Assembly (NCBI GenBank): GCA_963847705.1
Contig: CAWKBC010000030.1
Span: forward strand, 128,001 to 192,000
DNA from: an uncultured Pseudomonadota bacterium
Lineage (GTDB): Bacteria; Myxococcota_A; Polyangia; Fen-1088
Direction of reading: 5' to 3'
DNA: 64,000 nucleotides
This document shows, piece after piece, positions 9,763 to 19,499 of this stretch. The notes beneath the pieces are model-generated. The model did not search any database, was not told where the DNA came from, and saw only the letters and a list, made by a program, of their open reading frames with translations. A program made the translations under genes and the position numbers. Each line of letters opens with the position of its first letter. The stretch's first letter is position 1.

Positions 9763-10145
9763 CCCGTCGCTGCGCGCGTGTGCCGTCGCGCCGAGGTCCG
9801 TTTCCGAGCCGGCGCGGCTTGTGGGGTCGGCCGGCGGCGTGCGGGGCGATCCTTGAGCGGCACGACCTGGAGCCCGAAACCCATCGTCGAGAGCATCTTG
9901 AAGACCGTCGCGATCGTTGGATTGGCTTTTCGGTCGGTCAGCACCTTGCGGACTGACTGCGCCGGTAGGCCGCTCATGCTCGCGAGCTTCGCCTTCGAAA
10001 CGCCGCGGCTCTGCCGTAACGCGTTCATCGCTCGCATGAAGTGGTCGTAGGTGTCGATCTCCGCGCGAGCCTCGCGGTAGGCCTCCGCGCGCGCCGGATC
10101 CGCCATCTGCTCATCGAAGAAGTCGTCGAACGCCGTCCGATCCAT
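9759..10145 (-). CDS. XRE-family HTH protein (HigA-like antitoxin)
   Basis: FDDFFDEQMADP N-terminus; LRQSRGVSKAKLA..NPTIATVFKML HTH. Confidence 0.75.
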   Translation of the reverse strand: MDRTAFDDFFDEQMADPARAEAYREARAEIDTYDHFMRAMNALRQSRGVSKAKLASMSGLPAQSVRKVLTDRKANPTIATVFKMLSTMGFGLQVVPLKDRPARRRPTPQAAPARKRTSARRHTRAATG

Positions 10146-10154
10146 GTCCCCAGT

Positions 10155-10170
10155 GTAGCATAAAATCTAC
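10155..10170. promoter_or_regulatory. Palindromic operator candidate GTAG-N8-CTAC upstream of the HTH gene
   Basis: gtagcataaaatctac ~10 bp before the ATG, overlapping minus-strand -10-like TATGCT/TACACT. Confidence 0.5.
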
Positions 10171-10979
10171 GCCCGGGAACAAGGTCCAAATCGAAGCCCA
10201 GCCGGCGACATCCGCCGGGGGCACGTCCTGGGTTCCCGGCGGACTTGACCCGATTCGTCAAGCACCGCTGGTTTCTGCTCCTACCGCCACGGTCGAGCCG
10301 GCATGACGACTAGCGGCGCCGGTCCGACAAGTCCGCCGCGGAGGTCAAAAATTTCGCGGTTGGCCGAGAACCCCGGTGAGGAGCGGAAAAAAGATCCGGT
10401 GCGCTGACGAAAGTAGGTCCCTTTTTCGGGCCTCGTCTCGACAACTCCGGCGTCCAGAGCAGAAACGGAGCGGCCAGAAGAAATCCAGTTCCAGTTCCAG
10501 GCGGATTGCCGAGAAGGGTGGCGCAAGGACCTGAAGCGTCACCGCGTCAGAAAAGAGTTGGTCGCATTTCCGAGGCGATTGCCGAGAACGCCGTCCGAAA
10601 GGAAACATCACCATGAAGACCAAGCAACGAACCGATGGTCGCGACCTCCCCGGCGGAGTCCGCGAGACTCCCCGGATCTAAGCAGTGAACACAACACGAA
10701 AGTCACCGCGTACTTTTGACGGTGCGCTCATCTATGGCCTCGAACCGATGTTGTGCAGGGATTCAACCCCGCCAAGCGCCTTCCGACCTCCCGTCGGGTC
10801 CGAACCGGCCCTACCTTCTCGTGGAGCCAGCTACGCTGGGTAAAGCGGCTGCGCAGCCCCGCCGCAGGCATGCGGCAGGCCGTCTTTTGCGGCAACTCCG
10901 TGGAAGAACGGTGCGCGGAGGGAAGGACCGACCGAAACGAACGCTGAAGCCACTAGGAGGCGCCGCCGGTTGCCGCAGT

Positions 10980-11840
10980 TCAGACGGATTTGGAGATGAC
11001 CGCTTCTTCCATGCGGGTGCGCAGGTCTGTGCCAAAGAATCGTCGCGGGCTGCAGCCGAGTGTCTCCTGGAAGGCACGGTGACACTGCGAATAGCTTCCG
11101 AAGCCGGCGTCGAACGCGGCCGACAGCAGGTTCATTCCTCGCGTGTCCGCGATGTGGATGAATCGAAGCAAGCGCAACCGGGTTCGGTACTCGGTGAGGG
11201 TGAGACCCACGTCCTTGTGAAAGTACCGGCTGACGTCGGTGGGGTGCCCTCGGGCGGCCAGAGCAACGTCGCCACGTCGGAGCTCGGGTCGTTCCATCAG
11301 CGACACGATGGCCCGGTTGGTGAACGCGTGCTTGTCGAGGGTCGTCAGACGAAGAGTGTGGGCCTCTCGCCAGAGGTCGCCGACGTGCTGTTCGACCGCG
11401 CCCGGGTCGGTGCCAGAGGGAGCGGCGCAGAGCGATCGAAGCCTGAACAGCGCCCCTTGCTCGAGTCGGATCCGGGTCGCACCCGCGTGCGCCGGCAGGT
11501 TGTTTCGTCCCAGCACACGAGCGGAGAGCTCCGGTGTCAGACCGATAACGTACAGATCAAAGTCTGGAGAGGCGTCGAGAAGGACGTGGTCCTGACCCGG
11601 TGACCACCAGAGGAGATCGCCCGTCGCCACGGCGACGGTGCTGTCGCCGACCCCGAACACGCCGCTCCCGGCTGTGATCAGGTTGAGCTCTGGCTCGGTG
11701 TGAAAGTGACGGGGCCGACGGGTTTCGGGGACATGGTGCCAGACGTGGGCGCGCGCCGCGCCTGGCAGAGGGAACGGCTGGTAGAGCGCCTCCGGCACGT
11801 CCTCCAAGGTAGCAAACCGGCCGACCGTCGACACTCCCAC
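10980..11840 (-). CDS. AraC-family transcriptional regulator
   Basis: Cupin HFHTEPELNL; C-terminal LTEYRTRLRL..AAFDAGFGSYSQCHRAF..GCSPR. Confidence 0.92.
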   Translation of the reverse strand: MGVSTVGRFATLEDVPEALYQPFPLPGAARAHVWHHVPETRRPRHFHTEPELNLITAGSGVFGVGDSTVAVATGDLLWWSPGQDHVLLDASPDFDLYVIGLTPELSARVLGRNNLPAHAGATRIRLEQGALFRLRSLCAAPSGTDPGAVEQHVGDLWREAHTLRLTTLDKHAFTNRAIVSLMERPELRRGDVALAARGHPTDVSRYFHKDVGLTLTEYRTRLRLLRFIHIADTRGMNLLSAAFDAGFGSYSQCHRAFQETLGCSPRRFFGTDLRTRMEEAVISKSV

Positions 11841-11853
11841 AAAATGCGAAGTC
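11837..11853 (-). promoter_or_regulatory. 17-bp motif copy (GACTTCGCATTTTGTGG) over the AraC start
   Basis: One of five near-identical copies in the island. Confidence 0.6.
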
Positions 11854-11858
11854 GTTGG

Positions 11859-12731
11859 CTAGCCGCCCCCGGCGCTATTTCCCCTCCAGTCATAGACCTT
11901 GATCCAGTCGACGTCCGCGCTCGTGGGCGCGGACGTCGACGTCAGAGGGCCGGCCCACGACGCGGCGTTCGAGGCCCAGATCGTGAGCAGAATGGTCTCC
12001 GGGAGGTTCAGAAGACCGGCGTGCGCGGTCCAGGTCCGCAAGAGCGTGCCGTCGATGTAGGTTTTCACGCCGGCCGGCGTCCATTCGATATCGTACTGGT
12101 GGAAATCGGTCTCGGCGTTGACGCCCAGGTTCACGATCTGGGGGTCCTGCGTCGGAGAGACCGACGTGGTGCAGCTCGGCATTGGTGTACCCAGATAGAC
12201 CTGGCTGTTCAGCTGCGACGTGTTGCTCGAGTCTCCGAGGTGCTCGATGTCGATCTCGTTCCAGTTGCAGTTGGGGTAAGGCGTGTAGAACAGGACGAGC
12301 CCCGATACCACGCCGGAGCCCGTCGCGAAGCGCATCCGGGCCGAGACCTTTCCGTAGGTGAGCGTTTTGGCCGACCGCATCTCGACGCCCCAGTATGGCT
12401 CCGCGGTGCTGTTCGGATTCGGCGTCAAGCTGATGGTCAGGATGCCGTTGTTCACCGCGGCGTTCTGAGGGGTGAACTGGGCTTCGTTTCCCCCGAAGGT
12501 GAACGTCTGGAGCTGCCACGCAGTGGCGTCGAGCGTGTCGAAGTCGTCTTGCCAGGAAAGAACGAAGAGATCGGCGGCACCGTCGGCGCCGGAGTCGAGG
12601 TTGCTGGAGGATCCGCCCGCCCCTGTCGTGCCACCGGTCCCGCTCGTCGGCTGGCCGGCTGACGAGCCGCAGCCAACAAGAAGCACCAGCGAGAGAAGGT
12701 TCAAGAGAGTTCGACGTCGCACGTATGGCAT
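11859..12731 (-). CDS. GH16 beta-glucanase (lichenase-like) lipoprotein
   Basis: LVGC lipobox; WQDDFD; WNEIDIEHLG catalytic EIDIE; DFHQYDIEWTP; VDWIKVY. Confidence 0.9.
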   Translation of the reverse strand: MPYVRRRTLLNLLSLVLLVGCGSSAGQPTSGTGGTTGAGGSSSNLDSGADGAADLFVLSWQDDFDTLDATAWQLQTFTFGGNEAQFTPQNAAVNNGILTISLTPNPNSTAEPYWGVEMRSAKTLTYGKVSARMRFATGSGVVSGLVLFYTPYPNCNWNEIDIEHLGDSSNTSQLNSQVYLGTPMPSCTTSVSPTQDPQIVNLGVNAETDFHQYDIEWTPAGVKTYIDGTLLRTWTAHAGLLNLPETILLTIWASNAASWAGPLTSTSAPTSADVDWIKVYDWRGNSAGGG

Positions 12732-12762
12732 GCGTACTCATTAGATCGAGGCACGTCAGCGC

Positions 12763-12814
12763 GTCTTCGCGTCTCGTGGGATATGAGAAAGCCTCTCCCC
12801 CAAAATGCGAAGAC
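12763..12814. promoter_or_regulatory. Inverted pair of the 17-bp motif upstream of GH16
   Basis: GTCTTCGCGTCTCGTGG (12763-12779) and CCCCAAAATGCGAAGAC (12798-12814), 18-bp spacer. Confidence 0.65.
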
Positions 12815-12855
12815 GCTCGAGAAGGTTCCAACCGCTGCGCGCAAGCTCTCGCTAT

Positions 12856-14199
12856 TCACGGATTGAAGTAGGGGTCGTTCGCCATCGTTACGAAGGCGGC
12901 CTCCGACGCCGCCGACGAATCAATTCGCCAGTCGGTCTCCTTGTTCATCTGGAACCAGACCAGGGCCTTCACGCCCGGGAACATCGTCTTGAGCGATGGA
13001 AGGATGCCGCCGATCCAGGCGGCCTTGTCGCCGCCGAGCTCCGCGCTCGCCGTCTCCGGGATCATGATCGGTTTTCCCTTGGTGACGAGGCTTGGATAGA
13101 TGCGACCGGCGATGGTCGGGAACGACTGCCAGGTCGACGTCGTCTGGACCGTTCCCCAGTTGTATCCGTCGAACCCCATCCAGTCGACGTAGGAGTCGCC
13201 CGGGTAGTAGTTCTGCCACTGGTTCCAGCTCACGTTGGGGACGTTGTCCACGTTCGGACAGAAGACCCAGAGGGCGTTGGTCGCGCCCGCGGCCACGAAC
13301 AGGTCATGGATGTGCCGGTAGGCGGCGATGAATGTCATCGTCGCGGCGGCGTTGGCGCCGTTGTTGGCACCGTCCCAGGGGTACCAGTTGCCGTTCATCT
13401 CGTGACCCCAGCGCAGGAAGAACTTTTGACCGAAGCTCTTCACCGCTTGAGCGCGCGCCGTGATCATCGAATCGTAGGTGCCGCCGATGATGCCGCTGAG
13501 AGGGGCACCGACGCTGTTCTCCCAAGCTTCCCAGGTGATGAGAGGCATGCGGCCATCCGCGGCCAGCCCGGAGAGCATCGTCGTGTAGTCGTCCGTCCAT
13601 CCGACGAAGTTGTGGTTGATGGCGACCTTGCGGCCGAGCTCGGCCTCGAGGCCGGCGAGCGTTCCCGTTCCCACGAACGCGCCCAGCAGGGCGCCCTGAG
13701 CGGGCACCAGCAGCGGGGAGGAGCCTCGCGAGCCAGCGGCGCCGCCAGCGCCGCCATTTCCGCCCGCCGCCCCCCCCTTTCCCGAGCTGCCGGCTACGCC
13801 CGTCCCCGCAGCGCCGGACCCACCGCGCCCTCCGTTTCCGCCGCCTGAGCCTCCGCTTCCTGAGGTGCCGGCGCCACCGGCTGCACCGCCTGGCGCTCCC
13901 AGCGCGCCAGAGGCTCCTCCTTGGCGGCCAGCGTCCATTCCACCGGCGCCAGCGAACGAACCGCCGCCCGCCCCTCCGGCGCTGGTCGCACCGCCGGACC
14001 CCGACGCCGAGAGGCCGCCGGTTCCGCCGGTTGCCGTGGCGCCGCCCGTAGCCGACGATCCTCCTGTTGCCCGCGTCCCTCCGCCGCCATTGTCCGTTCC
14101 GTTGCCGCCGTCGACGACAGCAGAGGAGGACGTGCAGCCGCAGAGCGCTACGGCGCAGGCGATTGAAATAAAACCGGGCCCAAGCCAGGGAATCTCCAT
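12856..14199 (-). CDS. GH26 glycoside hydrolase lipoprotein with Gly-rich linker
   Basis: LCGC lipobox; LRWGHEMNGNWYPW; YYPGDSYVDWMGFDGYN; KPIMIPET. Confidence 0.9.
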   Translation of the reverse strand: MEIPWLGPGFISIACAVALCGCTSSSAVVDGGNGTDNGGGGTRATGGSSATGGATATGGTGGLSASGSGGATSAGGAGGGSFAGAGGMDAGRQGGASGALGAPGGAAGGAGTSGSGGSGGGNGGRGGSGAAGTGVAGSSGKGGAAGGNGGAGGAAGSRGSSPLLVPAQGALLGAFVGTGTLAGLEAELGRKVAINHNFVGWTDDYTTMLSGLAADGRMPLITWEAWENSVGAPLSGIIGGTYDSMITARAQAVKSFGQKFFLRWGHEMNGNWYPWDGANNGANAAATMTFIAAYRHIHDLFVAAGATNALWVFCPNVDNVPNVSWNQWQNYYPGDSYVDWMGFDGYNWGTVQTTSTWQSFPTIAGRIYPSLVTKGKPIMIPETASAELGGDKAAWIGGILPSLKTMFPGVKALVWFQMNKETDWRIDSSAASEAAFVTMANDPYFNP

Positions 14200-14230
14200 C
14201 CGCCGGGATCGTAAGGGTCACGACCTGGCG

Positions 14231-14247
14231 GTCTTCGCATTTCGTGG
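14231..14247. promoter_or_regulatory. 17-bp motif copy (GTCTTCGCATTTCGTGG) upstream of GH26
   Basis: Same 32-bp distance to the ATG as the 12763 copy; -10-like TACGAT 17 bp downstream on the minus strand. Confidence 0.65.
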
Positions 14248-14388
14248 CATTCGGGATCAGATGCCGACGAGCCGATTCAGCTCGCACAGCGTTGAACCGA
14301 GGCCGGCGCGATCGGGACGACTCGAATCGATGTTTCCACCGGCGACCGAGCGCGTCTGCGCCGCTCGCGAGGCGGCAACAGGGCCCCC

Positions 14389-14415
14389 GTATCACTTTTG
14401 TCGGCACGTTCCCTT
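14389..14415 (+). promoter_or_regulatory. Putative ECF promoter GTATCA-N16-CCCTT (GH29)
   Basis: GTATCACTTTTGTCGGCACGTTCCCTT. Confidence 0.75.
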
Positions 14416-14466
14416 GTGGTCCCGCGGCGGAATCGAACGTCACAAAACCGCCGCTGAGGGATCACC

Positions 14467-16152
14467 ATGAAAAGCCAAACCCCGTTCTTCATCGTCGTCG
14501 CTGTCTTGGGATCTGCGATCGTCGGCCTTTCCTGCGCCGGAAGCGGAAATGGCGGTGGCAGCGGGAGCGGGGGAAGCGCTGACCCGACCGGGGCAGGAGG
14601 GGCCGAAACGGGTGGGGCACCCACCGGCGGCCAGACTGAAACCGGCGGTCGGGAAGGATCCGGCTCGGGAGGCACCGTTTCTACGGGAGGGACGGGCACG
14701 ATCGGCTCGGGCGGGACCACCGGAACGGGCGGCGCCGTTGGGTCGGGCGGAGCCATCGGATCTGGCGGGTCGACAGGTTCGGGTGGTGCCGCCACCGGGG
14801 GCGTTGGAGGGACCAAGGGCGCCGCTGGATCGTCGGGGACTGGTGGTTTGGGTTCGGGAGGGACGACCTCTACGGGTTCCGGTGGTTCGGGCACGGGCGG
14901 AACCGGAGGCTCCGGGGGCGGAACGTGTACGGGCGCCATCTGCACCGCCAAGACGTGGAACGACATCACCGCCGCGCACACCGTGCCGTCCTGGGTCAGG
15001 ACGGCGAAGCTGGGAATCGGAATGCACTTCATGGTGGCGACGGTTCCGGCGCACCACAACGAGTGGTTCTTTCAGCACGAGTACTGCGACGGGTCCTTCG
15101 CGACCTGGACGTCGCAGAATTTCCCCACCAAGTCTCCGCTCAGCGGCGGCCCCTGGGGCTACAAGGATTTCATCTCGCTCTTCACCTGCGCGCAGTGGAG
15201 CGCGCCGGCCCAGCCGCACGCGGCCACGACGGCCGCGTCGTGGGCGGCGCTCTTCAAGGCCTCGGGGGCCACGTTCGTCAACGCCACCGCCGAGCACCAC
15301 GATCGTTTTGCGATGTGGGACAGCTCCGAACCGGCGAGCATCGGCGGCGCCGGGACCTGGAACGCGGCCAAGATGGGACCGAAGCGCGACGTCGTCGGTG
15401 AGCTGGCGGCGGCGGTCAAGGCGCAAGGGATGAAGTTCGGCGTCAACAACCACATCATGTACGGCTACAGCTTCGCGTACTGCAGCGCGACCGGCACGAC
15501 TCCCGGTAACGTCGGACCCAACACGCTGGCGACGGTCTCCGATCTCTACGATCCGAGGTACGCCGACTTCTACGGTCCGCCCAATCCGGGGTGCGGCATC
15601 AAGGCGGCTGACGCCCAGTGCAACCCGGACAAGGCCTTCTGCGACGACTGGCTGTATCGCTCGCAGGAGCTGGCCGACAAGTACCAGCTGGACGACGAAT
15701 GGTTCGACTGGGACGGCGCGACCGTCGCCAACAGCCCCTGCATGGACGACAAGCTTTCGTTTGCGTTGCACTACTACCAGACGGCGGCGGCGCGCGGCCA
15801 GCAGGTTCAGATCATGTCGAAGGGTGGGGTGTTCCCAAACATGAACAATGGCGCAACCGGGGCCAACGTCTCGATCCAGGACTTCCAGTCGTCGATTCCC
15901 ACGGGGAGCGCGGTGCCGACCTCGCCCTGGATGGCCGACGAGACGATCTCGAGCAATGGATCGTGGTGCTACGTCGAACCGATGGCGTACAAGTCGTCGG
16001 CGACCGTGATCAACGAGCTGGACGAGATCAACGCCGCCGGCGGAATCATGCTGTTGAACGTTTCCCCTGAGAAGGACGGCTCGATTCCTCAGGAGCAGAT
16101 CGACATCCTCAACGCAGTGGGCAAGCACCTCGGCGCGCCGGGTAATTTCTGA
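14467..16152 (+). CDS. GH29 alpha-L-fucosidase lipoprotein
   Basis: LSC lipobox + GTGG linker; VPSWVRTAKLGIGMH; WAALFKASGA..AEHHDRFAMWDS; GPKRDVVGEL; WFDW; MLLNVSPEKDGSIP. Confidence 0.9.
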   Translation: MKSQTPFFIVVAVLGSAIVGLSCAGSGNGGGSGSGGSADPTGAGGAETGGAPTGGQTETGGREGSGSGGTVSTGGTGTIGSGGTTGTGGAVGSGGAIGSGGSTGSGGAATGGVGGTKGAAGSSGTGGLGSGGTTSTGSGGSGTGGTGGSGGGTCTGAICTAKTWNDITAAHTVPSWVRTAKLGIGMHFMVATVPAHHNEWFFQHEYCDGSFATWTSQNFPTKSPLSGGPWGYKDFISLFTCAQWSAPAQPHAATTAASWAALFKASGATFVNATAEHHDRFAMWDSSEPASIGGAGTWNAAKMGPKRDVVGELAAAVKAQGMKFGVNNHIMYGYSFAYCSATGTTPGNVGPNTLATVSDLYDPRYADFYGPPNPGCGIKAADAQCNPDKAFCDDWLYRSQELADKYQLDDEWFDWDGATVANSPCMDDKLSFALHYYQTAAARGQQVQIMSKGGVFPNMNNGATGANVSIQDFQSSIPTGSAVPTSPWMADETISSNGSWCYVEPMAYKSSATVINELDEINAAGGIMLLNVSPEKDGSIPQEQIDILNAVGKHLGAPGNF

Positions 16153-16182
16153 GCGACCGCGACGGATCACGAGAGTGAATCC

Positions 16183-16209
16183 GTATGAGTTTTTATCGCC
16201 GAGGCCCTT
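16183..16209 (+). promoter_or_regulatory. Putative ECF promoter GTATGA-N16-CCCTT (CE12)
   Basis: GTATGAGTTTTTATCGCCGAGGCCCTT. Confidence 0.7.
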
Positions 16210-16270
16210 GGAGCCTTCAGCCGCAGTCGACACGTCGCCGGCGCGGGAACCCTTCACGGGAGTATTTGAG

Positions 16271-17851
16271 ATGCACAAGTCCCCCCATCGCTTTCGTCCT
16301 ATTCGATCGGTGCCGCAGCTGTCTTGGCTCTTGCTTCTTCTCGCCTCGCTCGTTTGCAGCGTAGGATGTGGCTCGAGCGATTCGACGGCTGACTCAGGCG
16401 TGGGGACGGGATCCGGCGGATCTGTGGGCGAGACCGGAGGACAGCCCGGGAACGGCGGATCGGGCAGCGGTGGCGTGACCGGCTCCGGTGGTGTCACCGG
16501 GCGCGGCGGAACTGGAGGCGAGGGTGATCTTGGCGGGGCTTCGGGCGGCACCGTTGGAACAGGCGGCGCGGTGGGTACCGGCGGGGTGAACGCAACCGGC
16601 GGCACGACCGGCGCGGGCGGCACGGTGAACACGGGCGGTTCGACCGGCGCGGGTGGCTCCGGCCCGGGCGGAGCGGGCGGCGTCGCCGGTTTCAGCGGGA
16701 CAACCGGCAAGGGCGGCAGCGGCTCGGGCGGCGCGACGAGTACGGGCGGCGTGACCGGTACTGGCGGCAGCATTCCGGCCGGATACCCGACGCCCACCAC
16801 CGCGAACAGGGCTGTCTGCAAGTCTGTTGCACAGACAACCTCCCCGGGCGGTGCAAAGGTCTGCCCGGGTGGCGGAGACGGTCCGGCGTGTATCGAATGT
16901 CTTTTCGGCGGCGACACCTGGAATAGCACCGACGTCGCCACGCAGCAGGCGATTTCCGAGGCGGGCAATTACGCCGTGACCGTCGCAATGGGCGGGTCGA
17001 CTGCCGGCCAGACGCAGATCGACGCGGAGACGAACCGGGTTCTCCTCGCGCTCACCTCGACCACCGCCGGTGCATCGGACACCTACGCGTTCGTCGTCAA
17101 CGTCCGAGCCAATGAAGGACAGCCGACCGAGAACGTCTCTGCCGGATATCCAGGGCTCGATCTCTACTTCTCGGGGCCGACCTCGATGGCGCCGGAGGTA
17201 TCAGCTGTCGGATACGGGCTGGTGAGCGCGTCCGACAAGCCCGTCATGATCTATGCCGCCAGCGATTCGACCGCCTGCGACCAGAGCGACACCGATTACG
17301 CCGGCTGGGGACAGATGCTGCCGCAGTTCTTCGCGCCGCCCGCCGGCGTGGCGAACTACGCGGACAGCGGCGAGAGCTCTGGCAGCTTTCTCAACAACTC
17401 ACGCGAATGGACCGCGGTGAAAAACGCGATGGTCGCGGGCGACTGGGTGCTGATCCAGTTCGGTCACAACGACGGCAACACGACGTCGGCGACCTTCCAG
17501 GCCAACATCACCCAGATGGTGAAGGACGCCAAGGCGAAAGGCGCCACGCCGGTGCTGGTCTCGCCGCCCGCGCGGGCCACCTTCAGCGGACAGACACTCA
17601 GCGATCAGTCGAGCCTCCACGCGGCCGACATGCAAGCGGTCGCCACCGCCCAGAGCGTCGCCTACATCAATCTGACCTCGATCACCACCGCCTGGTACAA
17701 CCAGATGGGCCCGACCGGGTGGCAGCAGTACCACGCCCTCGGAACGGACAAGACCCATACGAACGCCGCCGGTGCGAGCAAGATCGCGGGCTTCGTCGCG
17801 AGCGCGATGAGCACACAGAAGATCGGCCTCGCCCAATATCTCCGCCACTAA
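16271..17851 (+). CDS. Rhamnogalacturonan acetylesterase (CE12, SGNH) lipoprotein
   Basis: SVGC lipobox; IYAASDSTACDQ..YAGWGQMLPQFF; VLIQFGHND; DKTH; ATG 16271 lies downstream of the promoter motif. Confidence 0.88.
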   Translation: MHKSPHRFRPIRSVPQLSWLLLLLASLVCSVGCGSSDSTADSGVGTGSGGSVGETGGQPGNGGSGSGGVTGSGGVTGRGGTGGEGDLGGASGGTVGTGGAVGTGGVNATGGTTGAGGTVNTGGSTGAGGSGPGGAGGVAGFSGTTGKGGSGSGGATSTGGVTGTGGSIPAGYPTPTTANRAVCKSVAQTTSPGGAKVCPGGGDGPACIECLFGGDTWNSTDVATQQAISEAGNYAVTVAMGGSTAGQTQIDAETNRVLLALTSTTAGASDTYAFVVNVRANEGQPTENVSAGYPGLDLYFSGPTSMAPEVSAVGYGLVSASDKPVMIYAASDSTACDQSDTDYAGWGQMLPQFFAPPAGVANYADSGESSGSFLNNSREWTAVKNAMVAGDWVLIQFGHNDGNTTSATFQANITQMVKDAKAKGATPVLVSPPARATFSGQTLSDQSSLHAADMQAVATAQSVAYINLTSITTAWYNQMGPTGWQQYHALGTDKTHTNAAGASKIAGFVASAMSTQKIGLAQYLRH

Positions 17852-17870
17852 CCCCTGCGAGGAGATCCCC

Positions 17871-19376
17871 GTGAGCTTTTACCGGCTACCGCGCGCGCTG
17901 CGCGCGCATCCCTCCCGGTCCTTGGCGCTCTCGGCCAGCGCGCATGTCCTCGTGCTGGTCACCTCTCTGACGCCTTCCTTCGCGGCCACGAGCGGGGCGA
18001 ATGGCACCCACGATCCGTCGCGCATGATCACCTGCGAGGGACGTTTTTATGTCTACTCGACCGGGGGCGGCAGCAAGTCATCGACCGACGGCCTCGCTTG
18101 GACGAACGGTCCTGGGCTGTTTCCGGGCGGCGTCCCGACCTCGGCGACATCGGTGGTCTCCAACAACGAGGGTGTCTGGGCGCCCGACGCGATCTACCTG
18201 AACGGCCAGTACTACATCTACTACGCCGTCGCCAACAGCAACAACGACTGCGCGGTCGGTCTGGTCACCACCCCCACGCTCAACCCCAACTCCGCCAACT
18301 ACAAGATTACAGATCACGGCGTCGTGGTCTCCAACACCGGAAGCGACACCTATTGCGCGATCGACCCCGCCCCCATTCTCGATGCTTCAGGCAATCTCTG
18401 GCTCTCCTGGGGGAGCGGATACACCAAGTCCAGCTCGGACAACACGATCTACCTCACCCTGCTCGACAAAATGACGGGCTTGCCGAGCAGCGCGGACTCG
18501 GCGAAGCCCGGACATCCGCTCGAGCCCGGCCACATCGAGGCCTCGTACGTCTACTACCATTCGGGGAACTACTATCTCTTCTGGAACTCGGGCGGCTGCT
18601 GCAGTGGCGCTTCCAGCACCTACGAGATCCATGTGGCCCGCGCGGCCGACATCACCGGCCCCTACACCGGCAGTCGCATCTTCTATGCGAGCGCCGGCTC
18701 CGTCCATGGCCCGGGCCAGATCGGAATCTACGACCAATGCGGCGCCAGCCGCTTCACCTATCACTACTACCCTGACACGGGAGGCTCCGTTCTCGGTGAG
18801 AACGAGCTCACCTGGAGCAGCGACGGGTGGCCGGTGGCGGGCGCGCCTTCGACGACGCCGCTTACGGTATGTAGTGGGAAGGCAACCGGCGGCAGCACCG
18901 GCGGGACAGGAACTGGCGGCGCCGGCGGAAGTAGCGGCACAGGAACCGGCGGTGGCAAAGGAACCGGCGGCGCCGCTGGAATCGGCGGCGCCGCTGGTGC
19001 CGTCGGAGCCGGAGGCCGGGGAAGCGGTCGCGACGCAGGCTCGGCCGACGCGATCGGCGCCGGTGGCACTGTCGGCGCGACGGGAGGGGCGAGCGGAGGA
19101 TCGACCGGCGGAAGCTCCGGGACCGGAGGCGTATCAGGAACTGGAGGTCTCGACACGAGCTCGGGCGGAACGAACGGCGTCGCGGGCGGCGGCATGTCCG
19201 AGGGAGGCTCAGGTGCGACGGGCGGCTCTCCCAGTGCCGGAGGTGCCGATTCAGATTCGACCGGAGGTTGCTCGTGCGCCGTTGGCGGCGAAACCGGCGC
19301 GGGTCTCGCTATAGGGGCCCTCGCTTTGGTGCTCGCCATCTTGGCGACCCGGCGCGCCAGGCGCTCGGTCCCCTGA
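17871..19376 (+). CDS. GH43 endo-arabinanase-like enzyme with Gly linker and MYXO-CTERM-like tail
   Basis: THDPS, WAPD, CAIDP, HIEAS, HGPGQ; C-terminal GGCSCAVGG + TM + RRARR. Confidence 0.88.
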   Translation: MSFYRLPRALRAHPSRSLALSASAHVLVLVTSLTPSFAATSGANGTHDPSRMITCEGRFYVYSTGGGSKSSTDGLAWTNGPGLFPGGVPTSATSVVSNNEGVWAPDAIYLNGQYYIYYAVANSNNDCAVGLVTTPTLNPNSANYKITDHGVVVSNTGSDTYCAIDPAPILDASGNLWLSWGSGYTKSSSDNTIYLTLLDKMTGLPSSADSAKPGHPLEPGHIEASYVYYHSGNYYLFWNSGGCCSGASSTYEIHVARAADITGPYTGSRIFYASAGSVHGPGQIGIYDQCGASRFTYHYYPDTGGSVLGENELTWSSDGWPVAGAPSTTPLTVCSGKATGGSTGGTGTGGAGGSSGTGTGGGKGTGGAAGIGGAAGAVGAGGRGSGRDAGSADAIGAGGTVGATGGASGGSTGGSSGTGGVSGTGGLDTSSGGTNGVAGGGMSEGGSGATGGSPSAGGADSDSTGGCSCAVGGETGAGLAIGALALVLAILATRRARRSVP

Positions 19377-19424
19377 GCCGGCACCCGCGGTCGACTGAGC
19401 CCTGATCGAGCGCAGCGCACCGAC

Positions 19425-19451
19425 GTATCAGATTTTTCGCGGGGTGCCCTT
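19425..19451 (+). promoter_or_regulatory. Putative ECF promoter GTATCA-N16-CCCTT (GH53 operon)
   Basis: GTATCAGATTTTTCGCGGGGTGCCCTT. Confidence 0.75.
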
Positions 19452-19499
19452 AACCCGAAACCCGCGTCTGGCGCGGACCAGTCGTCACAAAGGAGCCCC

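Noticed and set aside
14213-14239. Alternative ECF promoter TGCGAA-N16-CCCTT on the minus strand
   Set aside because: The other four copies of the 17-bp motif have no CCCTT at that spacing; an activator site plus a TACGAT -10 explains it better
14440-16968. Long Pro-rich antisense ORFs (also 14277..15059, 18767..19501, 30197..30832 and others)
   Set aside because: Shadows of Gly-rich linkers on the opposite strand in high-GC DNA
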